In this document: positions 55,990 to 64,000 of the stretch, one piece after another
How the letters are laid out: every line of letters starts with the position of its first letter
Numbering within the stretch: position 1 is the stretch's first letter
Assembly: GCA_903855135.1 (NCBI GenBank)
Contig: CAINYB010000001.1
Coordinates: 2,740 to 66,739 of the forward strand
DNA: 64,000 bases
Source: an uncultured bacterium
GTDB lineage: Bacteria > Patescibacteriota > Patescibacteriia > UBA1558 > GWA2-36-10
Direction of reading: 5' to 3'
Translations under genes and position numbers: made by a program
Notes under the pieces: generated by a model
What the model was told of the DNA's origin: nothing
The model's database searches: none
The model's input: only the letters and a program-made list of their open reading frames with translations

Positions 55990-57348
55990 ATGGCAAACTT
56001 ACAAAAAGTTGCTTTAGTCGGACGCGTCAATGTCGGTAAATCCACTTTATTTAACCGTTTTTTATCAGAAAAAAAAGCGATCACTTCTCACGTTGCTGGT
56101 ACTACCCGCGACCGTAATTATGGTATTTGCTCTTGGGGTGGCGTAGACTTTGAGCTGATCGATACTGGCGGTTTTAATGAAGAAGAAAACTTTATCGACA
56201 AAGAAATCAGCAAACAAATAAGCTTAGGCGTCGCTGAAGCTGACTTAATCATTTTTGTCGCTGACGGCAAAACTGGTATCATGCCTGGTGATCAAGAGAT
56301 TTTGAAAACTCTCAAAAAATTAAAAAAGCCAATTATTTTGGCAGTTAATAAAATAGATAATAACCGCTTACGTTTTAATCTGCCAGATTTTTATCGTCTC
56401 AATGTCGGCGAGCCATACCCTGTTTCAGCTGCTAATGGTGTCGGTAGTGGAGATTTATTAGACGCTGTCATGGCTACTTTGAAAAAAAATAAAAAACCAC
56501 GTTCTGGTAAAAAAATAAAACATGAAGAAGCTAAAATAAAAGTCGCTATCATCGGTCAACCAAATGTCGGCAAATCATCCTTAATCAATTCTTTACTTGG
56601 CCAAAATCGCATGATCGTCTCCGATGTACCACATACTACCCGTGATGCTCAAGATATTGAGCTAAATTATCATGAACAAAAGATTACTTTTATCGACACT
56701 GCCGGCATAAGAAGACAAAGCCATAAAAGTAAAGATGGTTTTGAAACTGAAAGCATCAAACAAAGCTTTAGTAGCTTGACTCGAGCAGATATCGCCTTGT
56801 TTGTCACTGATGTTAATCAAAAAGTAAGCTTTCAAGATAAAAAACTAGCTGACGAAATAGTCAAATCCAATGTCGGTGTGATTATCATCGCTAACAAATG
56901 GGATCTAGTGCCAGAAAAAGATACAGAAACAGCGCAAAAGTATACAGAATATTATTATGGTAATTACCCCTTTTTAAAATGGGCACCGATTCTTTATATT
57001 TCTGCCACCGATAAAACTAATCTCAATAAAATTTTGCCTTTAGTAGTGGAAATTTATCACGAAAAATTCAAAAAAATTGAAGATAACCCACTTAGCAAAT
57101 TCTTAAAAAACATCATCAAAAAACACAAGCCTGCTCGTGGCCGTGGTGTCAATCATCCCTACATCCACACCCTAAAACAAGTTGGCGTCAATCCTCCAAC
57201 TTTTGAAGTAAAGATGAATTTTAAAGCTTATTTGCACTTTTCTTATTTGCGTTTTATTGAAAATAACTTACGTTATAAATTTGGCTTTAAAGGCGTGCCG
57301 ATGAAAATCTACGTCGCCAAATCGCAAAACAAACAAGATATAAATTAA
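55990..57348 (+). CDS. der: Ribosome biogenesis GTPase Der (EngA)
   Basis: Two G domains (GRVNVGKS/DTGG/NKID and GQPNVGKS/DTAG/NKWD) plus a KH-like C-terminus. Confidence 0.97.
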   Translation: MANLQKVALVGRVNVGKSTLFNRFLSEKKAITSHVAGTTRDRNYGICSWGGVDFELIDTGGFNEEENFIDKEISKQISLGVAEADLIIFVADGKTGIMPGDQEILKTLKKLKKPIILAVNKIDNNRLRFNLPDFYRLNVGEPYPVSAANGVGSGDLLDAVMATLKKNKKPRSGKKIKHEEAKIKVAIIGQPNVGKSSLINSLLGQNRMIVSDVPHTTRDAQDIELNYHEQKITFIDTAGIRRQSHKSKDGFETESIKQSFSSLTRADIALFVTDVNQKVSFQDKKLADEIVKSNVGVIIIANKWDLVPEKDTETAQKYTEYYYGNYPFLKWAPILYISATDKTNLNKILPLVVEIYHEKFKKIEDNPLSKFLKNIIKKHKPARGRGVNHPYIHTLKQVGVNPPTFEVKMNFKAYLHFSYLRFIENNLRYKFGFKGVPMKIYVAKSQNKQDIN

Positions 57349-57353
57349 AATAT

Positions 57354-57914
57354 ATGAAATTAATAATTGGTTTAGGAAATCCCGGTGCTGATTATGAATT
57401 TACTCGCCATAACTTTGGCTATTTAGTAGTCAACAATTTTGCTAAACAAAATAATTTAACCTGGAAAAAACATAAAGATTTGCAAGCAGAAATTACAGAC
57501 CTAAAAATTGGTCAAGAAAAAATCATCTTAGCTAAATCTTTGACCTTTATGAACGAATCCGGTCAAGCGGTTGCTTATTTAAAAAAGTTTTTTAAACTAA
57601 AAAATGAAGATATCATTGTTATCTATGATGATCTAGCTTTTGATTTTGGGACTTTAAAAATAGCTTTTGATAGATCAGCTGGCGGACACAATGGTTTAGA
57701 ATCTATCATCCAATATCTAAAAAACCAAAACTTTATCCGCTTACGTTTAGGCATCGGTCCACAGCTAGGTGTAGCCGAAAAGTTTGTGTTATTAAAATTT
57801 AATGCCACGCAAAAAAAACAGCTTCCTAAAATCTTAGACTTAAGCTGCCAAGCTTTAGAAGACATTATCACTGACGGTTTAGCTAAGGCTACTAGTAAAT
57901 ACAATGCAAGATAA
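57354..57914 (+). CDS. pth: Peptidyl-tRNA hydrolase
   Basis: IGLGNPG..Y..TRHNFG, FMNESG, YDDL, GGHNG. Confidence 0.97.
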   Translation: MKLIIGLGNPGADYEFTRHNFGYLVVNNFAKQNNLTWKKHKDLQAEITDLKIGQEKIILAKSLTFMNESGQAVAYLKKFFKLKNEDIIVIYDDLAFDFGTLKIAFDRSAGGHNGLESIIQYLKNQNFIRLRLGIGPQLGVAEKFVLLKFNATQKKQLPKILDLSCQALEDIITDGLAKATSKYNAR

Positions 57915-57915
57915 A

Positions 57916-57940
57916 AAAACTCCGCCTTCAGCGGAGTTTT
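57916..57940. terminator. Bidirectional terminator between convergent pth and pepA
   Basis: aaaactccgc-cttca-gcggagtttt. Confidence 0.8.
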
Positions 57941-57944
57941 TAAA

Positions 57945-59441
57945 TTATTTAAGACTCAACCACTCTAACAATGTCCTGACACCAAAACCAACGCCACCAA
58001 TAGGCGTATAGGCATTTAAAGGCTTTTCGGCATAGGCGGGCCCGGCAATGTCTAGATGAGCCCAAGCCGTATCACCCACGATAAACTCCTGTAAAAATAA
58101 AGCAGCTGTAATAGATCCTCCACCTCTAGCGCTGGCAATATTACGCACATCGGCGACATTGCTTTTATTTAATTCTTTATACTCTGGAGCCAAAGGCATA
58201 CGCCAGATTTTTTCTCCACTGGTATTAGCTGCTTTTAATAAATCTTTAGCTAAATTTTCTTGATTGACATACAAAGCCGCATAGCTAGACCCTAAAGCAA
58301 CGATACAAGCGCCAGTCAAAGTAGCCAAGTCAACTATCGTATCTACTTTTTGCTTTTGGGCATAAGCAAGTGCGTCAGCTAAAGTGACACGACCTTCAGC
58401 GTCAGTATTACCTATCTCTATACTTTTGCCTTGCATATTTTTGACTACGTCGCCAGGCTTAATAGCTTTACCAGAAGGCATGTTTTCACAAGCCGCAATG
58501 ATGCCATGAACTTCTGCTTTGATTTTTAAATCAGTTAAAACACTAAATACTCCCAAAACAGTTGCCGCACCTGCCATATCTATTTTCATATCAGTCATAC
58601 CATCACCGACTTTGATATTTAAACCGCCACTATCAAAAGTAATACCTTTACCAACTAAAGCAATTTTTTCTTTGGCTTTAGTTTTTGGCTGATAAATCAA
58701 ATGAATAAATTTTAATGGCTCTTCTGAACCTTGATCAATACCTAGAAAAGCTCCCATGCCTAATTTTTCCACTTGCTCTTTATCTAAAATCTTAGCCTTG
58801 ATTTGTGGATTAGCTTTAGATATTTTTAAAGCCGTTTCTGCTAAAAAACTTGGCGTCATGATGCTGGCTGGCTCATTTACTAGGTCTCTAGCTAAAATTG
58901 TACTGCTAGCAAATAATAAACCTTGCTCCCAAGCAGTTTTAAAATCTCGTTTTTTACCAAGCTCTAATTCTATACCTAAATCAATGACTACTAATTCTAT
59001 TTTATCTGTATCTGACTTTTTATATTGATTAAAACTATAGTTAGTTAAATGCCAGCTTTCAGCAATAGTTTTAGCTAGTAAACTAATATCACTCGTGCCT
59101 TTGAGCCAAGTTTTAGCGATCAAGGCTACTTTGTTTACTTGATAAGTCTTTAAAAACTTGACTAAATAAGCTGTCAGCTCACGCCAGTTTTCTTGGCTAA
59201 ACTTTTCTTTAGCGCCACAGCCGGCTAAGACCACGGCCAAGTCTTGACTGTGGATCACAAATAATTGGCCAGCTTTGCCACTAAATTTTTCTTTTTGTAA
59301 ACGCCCAAAAAGCTCTTTTTCGTCTTCATAGCCCAAAAAGCTAATCCAAGCTTTAATAGCATTTATATCTTCTAAAACTGGCAAATACAAAAGCTCAAAA
59401 CCTTGCTCGTCTATATCTTTTTGAAAAAATTGTAATTCCAT
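57945..59441 (-). CDS. pepA: Leucyl aminopeptidase (M17)
   Basis: VGKGITFDSGG, MKIDMAGAA, NTDAEGR, ATLTGA, HLDIAG. Confidence 0.96.
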   Translation of the reverse strand: MELQFFQKDIDEQGFELLYLPVLEDINAIKAWISFLGYEDEKELFGRLQKEKFSGKAGQLFVIHSQDLAVVLAGCGAKEKFSQENWRELTAYLVKFLKTYQVNKVALIAKTWLKGTSDISLLAKTIAESWHLTNYSFNQYKKSDTDKIELVVIDLGIELELGKKRDFKTAWEQGLLFASSTILARDLVNEPASIMTPSFLAETALKISKANPQIKAKILDKEQVEKLGMGAFLGIDQGSEEPLKFIHLIYQPKTKAKEKIALVGKGITFDSGGLNIKVGDGMTDMKIDMAGAATVLGVFSVLTDLKIKAEVHGIIAACENMPSGKAIKPGDVVKNMQGKSIEIGNTDAEGRVTLADALAYAQKQKVDTIVDLATLTGACIVALGSSYAALYVNQENLAKDLLKAANTSGEKIWRMPLAPEYKELNKSNVADVRNIASARGGGSITAALFLQEFIVGDTAWAHLDIAGPAYAEKPLNAYTPIGGVGFGVRTLLEWLSLK

Positions 59442-59560
59442 ATAATTTATATTTATTATTGCCCAATATAACCAATTTCCTCTAAATTAACATGCCTAGC
59501 AAAATAAGGCAAATAATGAATAAGCCCGGCAAGCACTGCTGTGCTTGCCGGGCAAAAAGA

Positions 59561-59839
59561 TCAAGCTCTCAACAAAACACCGGCGTTTAATAAGTGTCTT
59601 GTTTTCAAAATCAAATCTACACGCCCAGATAATTCAGGAAAATTTTGCCCCAAACGCCTAAGTACCCTCTCACTCGTATAGTCAGATCTTATTGCTCTAT
59701 GTAATAATAATCTAGCCGCTTCTTCGTTTCCACGTAAAGCCAATCTCTGCAGAGCAAAATCTGAAGTGTGTAACAAGGTTACTTGTTCCCTTAAACACGG
59801 ATAATCTTCCGCTACCCGTTGCGTGCAAGCGACTGACAT
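59561..59839 (-). CDS. Small hypothetical helical protein (ORFan-like)
   Basis: Good RBS (ggagggg) and a terminator hairpin at 59524-59553; internal T.D.AL.RLA / TSERVLRRL repeat-like helices. Confidence 0.6.
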   Translation of the reverse strand: MSVACTQRVAEDYPCLREQVTLLHTSDFALQRLALRGNEEAARLLLHRAIRSDYTSERVLRRLGQNFPELSGRVDLILKTRHLLNAGVLLRA

Positions 59840-60091
59840 AATGCCCCTCCGTCATTTTCTTGCTTGATCAATGTCAAAGAACAAAATCAAAAAGTTGTAG
59901 CACTTCAGGCTACAACTAATATATATCGATTTGAAATTTTCTAAAAAATATTCAATATTAGTTTAGCCTTAAATTACACAAAAAGCCACGAATAATTAAT
60001 TCGAAACTAAAACTAATAATATTGTGTAAATTAAGACCTAACATATTGGTATATATAATTCTATAATAAAAAAATAAAACTTGTCAAATCA

Positions 60092-60123
60092 AAAATAACC
60101 CCGGCGTATGCCGGGGTTATTTT
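60092..60123 (-). terminator. rplA terminator
   Basis: aaaataaccccggc-gtat-gccggggttatttt. Confidence 0.8.
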
Positions 60124-60134
60124 AAATAATTTCT

Positions 60135-60818
60135 TTAGTTAGCAGAAACTTTGATGCCAGGCCCCATAGAAGAAGCAATGGTCAAAGATTTTAAGTAAGT
60201 ACCTTTGATGGCTTGAGGCTTGGCTTTCTTTAAAGAATCAAGTAATATTTTGAAATTTTCTTCCAAAGCTGATTCTGCAAAAGAAACCTTACCGATCACC
60301 ACATGAATATTGGCAGTGTTATCATTTTTATAAGAAACTTTACCTTTTTTAAGTTCACTGATCATCTTGGTCACATCTTCACCGATAGTACCGGTTTTAG
60401 GATTTGGCATCAAGCCTTTTTGTCCTAAAACTCTAGCGATCACTGATAACTGCTTCATAAAACCTGGTGTAGTCACAGCAATATCAAAATCACATTTACT
60501 GGTTTTTTTGATTTCTTCAATCAAATCTTCATCACCGACGATATCTGCTCCGGCAACTTTAGCTTCTTTGGCTAAATCAGCTGGGACAAAAGCAGCGATT
60601 TTGACAGTTTTACCAGTACCGTGTGGTAAGGAAACTGAATCTCTGACAATCTGATCACCTTTTTTTGGATCAATACCAAGTTTGGCGTGAACCTCTACTG
60701 AAGCATCAAATTTTACATCTGATGTTTCTTTGACTAGTTTGATAGCTTCGCTAATAGTATAAACTTTGTTTTTCTCTACTTTAGCTTGACTAGCTTTTAA
60801 TCTCTTACTTGTTTTCAT
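60135..60818 (-). CDS. rplA: 50S ribosomal protein uL1
   Basis: KFDASVE...LGIDP, LPHGTGK, LGQKGLMPNPKTGT, SSMGPG. Confidence 0.98.
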   Translation of the reverse strand: MKTSKRLKASQAKVEKNKVYTISEAIKLVKETSDVKFDASVEVHAKLGIDPKKGDQIVRDSVSLPHGTGKTVKIAAFVPADLAKEAKVAGADIVGDEDLIEEIKKTSKCDFDIAVTTPGFMKQLSVIARVLGQKGLMPNPKTGTIGEDVTKMISELKKGKVSYKNDNTANIHVVIGKVSFAESALEENFKILLDSLKKAKPQAIKGTYLKSLTIASSMGPGIKVSAN

Positions 60819-60827
60819 ATCTTTTTA

Positions 60828-60885
60828 GATCCTGAAATTAATTCTCCTCGAGTCTGAGCGATCTCGGAGTCGAAGACAGGATGAC
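60828..60885. repeat. REP-like palindrome gatcctgaa..ttc|aggatgac with nested insert
   Basis: Inner tcctcgagtctgagcgatctcggagtcgaagac (60845-60877) is shared with 62326-62371. Confidence 0.75.
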
Positions 60886-60923
60886 GAGGTGCAAACGTAA
60901 ATGGGACTAGCACTTACTCCCTC
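60886..60923 (-). promoter_or_regulatory. Ribosomal protein L1 autoregulatory mRNA binding site
   Basis: GAGG-GA-GUAAGUG-loop-CAUUUAC-GUUUGCA-CCUC has the same helix / asymmetric loop / helix layout as known L1 leader sites preceding rplA. Confidence 0.65.
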
Positions 60924-60934
60924 AAAAATTTTAA

Positions 60935-61360
60935 TTATTCCTCTATTTTGACACCCATTTGACGGGCGGTACCAGCAATAATCTTTTTGGCAGCTTCTAA
61001 ATCTTTAGTGTTTAAGTCTGGCATTTTTTTGGTAGCGATGTCAGCCAATTGAGCTTGGCTTAATTTACCCACTTTTTCTTGTAATGGTTTACCAGAACCT
61101 TTACTCAAAGATAAAGCAGCTTTAATCATTTCCGCAGCTGGAGCTGTCTTTAAAATAAAATCAAAACTACGATCTTCATAAATAGTTAATTCAATCGGCA
61201 CGACTTCACCCATACGGTCTTTGGAAGCGTCATTGAATTTCACACAAAACTCTTGGATATTTACACCGTGTGGTCCTAAAGCAGTACCAACTGGAGGTGC
61301 TGGAGTGGCTTTGCCGCCTTGAATTTGTAATTTTACAACCTGTTTAATTGCTTTTGCCAT
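60935..61360 (-). CDS. rplK: 50S ribosomal protein uL11
   Basis: GKATPAPPVGTALG.HGVNI..FC..FN, KMPDLN, GTARQMG. Confidence 0.98.
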   Translation of the reverse strand: MAKAIKQVVKLQIQGGKATPAPPVGTALGPHGVNIQEFCVKFNDASKDRMGEVVPIELTIYEDRSFDFILKTAPAAEMIKAALSLSKGSGKPLQEKVGKLSQAQLADIATKKMPDLNTKDLEAAKKIIAGTARQMGVKIEE

Positions 61361-61396
61361 ATAATTTATCTTAGTTAATTTTATACTACTTAGTTT

Positions 61397-61467
61397 GCCA
61401 TTGCCGACCTGATCGGCAATCTAGCGGCTTAAGGTCGGCTAGATTCCGCAACAAGTTGCGGAATGAC
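61397..61467. repeat. Paired REP-like palindromes (GTCAT-footed) in the nusG-rplK spacer
   Basis: gccattgccgacctgatcggcaatct ... agattccgcaacaagttgcggaatgac. Confidence 0.7.
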
Positions 61468-61479
61468 TTTATTGAGAAA

Positions 61480-62025
61480 TTAAATCTTTTTAATTTGTAA
61501 AAAGTCTAGCTCGATTGGTGTCTCACGACCAAACATAGAGACCAAGACTTTAGCTTTACCACGAGCTTCATCAACTTCGGAAATCTTACCTTCATAATCT
61601 TTGAATGGTCCGTCAGTGATTTTGACTGATTCACCGACTTCCATATCAACTTTGTATTCTGGCTCTTCAGTGCCCATACGAGACAATAAAGATTGGATTT
61701 CATCTTCAGAAACTGGAGTAGGAGTAGTACCAGAACCGACGAAGCCAGTGACATTTGGCGTATTTCTGACCACATACCAAGAAGCGTCAGTCACAATCAT
61801 ATTGACCAAAACATAGCCAGGAAAAATCTTTTCTCTGGTCATTTTACGTTTACCGCTTTTGATCTTGATCTTGGTTTCAGTCGGAATCAAGATATCAAAA
61901 ATCTTGTCTTCCATATCCATGGACTCTATTCTTTGTTTCAAGTTGCGGGAGACATTTTCTTCATAACCAGAATAAGTATGTAAAACATACCATCTTCTAC
62001 CTTGTTGTGAAGTTTGTTTTGGCAT
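61480..62025 (-). CDS. nusG: Transcription factor NusG
   Basis: [40 protein letters not shown]. Confidence 0.98.
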   Translation of the reverse strand: MPKQTSQQGRRWYVLHTYSGYEENVSRNLKQRIESMDMEDKIFDILIPTETKIKIKSGKRKMTREKIFPGYVLVNMIVTDASWYVVRNTPNVTGFVGSGTTPTPVSEDEIQSLLSRMGTEEPEYKVDMEVGESVKITDGPFKDYEGKISEVDEARGKAKVLVSMFGRETPIELDFLQIKKI

Positions 62026-62031
62026 AAAATT

Positions 62032-62214
62032 TTATTTAATAAATACTTGTAAAGCTAGGCTCAAAAGAAAGTCGATACCGCCTAAAAAAATCGCTACTGC
62101 CAAAGACACACCAATCACCACTAAAGTGTGGTTAATAGTAGTCTGTCTAGTAGGCCAAGAGACTTTTTTAAGCTCTTCTTTGGACTCTTTTAAGTAATTG
62201 ATAAACTTGTTCAT
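62032..62214 (-). CDS. secE: Preprotein translocase subunit SecE
   Basis: ELKKVSWPT + TM; secE-nusG order. Confidence 0.95.
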   Translation of the reverse strand: MNKFINYLKESKEELKKVSWPTRQTTINHTLVVIGVSLAVAIFLGGIDFLLSLALQVFIK

Positions 62215-62304
62215 AAAAGGTCTAATAAATAAAGTATTTTAAAACAGCTGGGGCAGAAGCTGTTATAACAAAAAAACTATAGCATAAAAAAATATTAAAG
62301 TCAA

Positions 62305-62380
62305 GCCCGTCCTTCGACTATGCTCTCTTCGAGTCTGAGCGACGAGGTCGCTAGACCTCAGAGTCGAAGACAGGACGGGC
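62305..62380. repeat. REP-like palindrome gcccgtccttcgactatgctc|aggacgggc with nested insert
   Basis: Inner tcttcgagtctgagcga...ctcagagtcgaagac (62326-62371). Confidence 0.75.
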
Positions 62381-62387
62381 CTTGCTA

Positions 62388-64000
<1,613 letters not shown>

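Noticed and set aside
62215-62387. tRNA-Trp or rpmG expected upstream of secE
   Set aside because: No cloverleaf, TpsiC motif or L33 ORF is visible; the structured part is the nested repeat.

Overview
AT-rich bacterial chromosome segment, very probably from a Patescibacteria/CPR (Parcubacteria, ABY1-like) genome using genetic code 11. The evidence is that uL30 is missing from the spc operon, ComEC is split, large pilin-anchored surface proteins are present, and uL1 is retained. Almost all genes are on the minus strand. Housekeeping content comprises gyrB (partial), secE-nusG-rplK-rplA, pepA, pth, der, an LCP gene, lepB, hisS, rpsU, yqeY, ybeY-dgkA, ftsA-ftsZ-nrdR, prfB, comEC, ndk, purA, rpmB, rpsL-rpsG-fusA, tuf, the S10/spc ribosomal operons, secY-adk-map-ruvX and a MraY/WecA-like gene. 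There are five main accessory signals. (1) A compact cobalamin riboswitch sits upstream of a Tat-like DUF4430-type protein and a secreted alpha/alpha-barrel + DUF4430 protein with transcobalamin/intrinsic-factor-like architecture, next to nrdR; this is a candidate CPR B12-capture system. (2) A DUF559 endonuclease gene is embedded in a composite palindromic repeat whose gene-less copies are scattered in the window and bracket a sufS-DUF4395-Cys-motif histidine kinase cassette inserted between fusA and tuf. (3) A 6S-like long hairpin RNA lies upstream of purA. (4) Small palindromes are nested inside one another, and one lies between the L1 autoregulatory site and rplA. (5) There is a 2457-aa pilin-anchored modular surface protein and a duplicated heptad-variable coiled-coil gene. 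All family assignments come from motif recognition by eye; no database searches were run.
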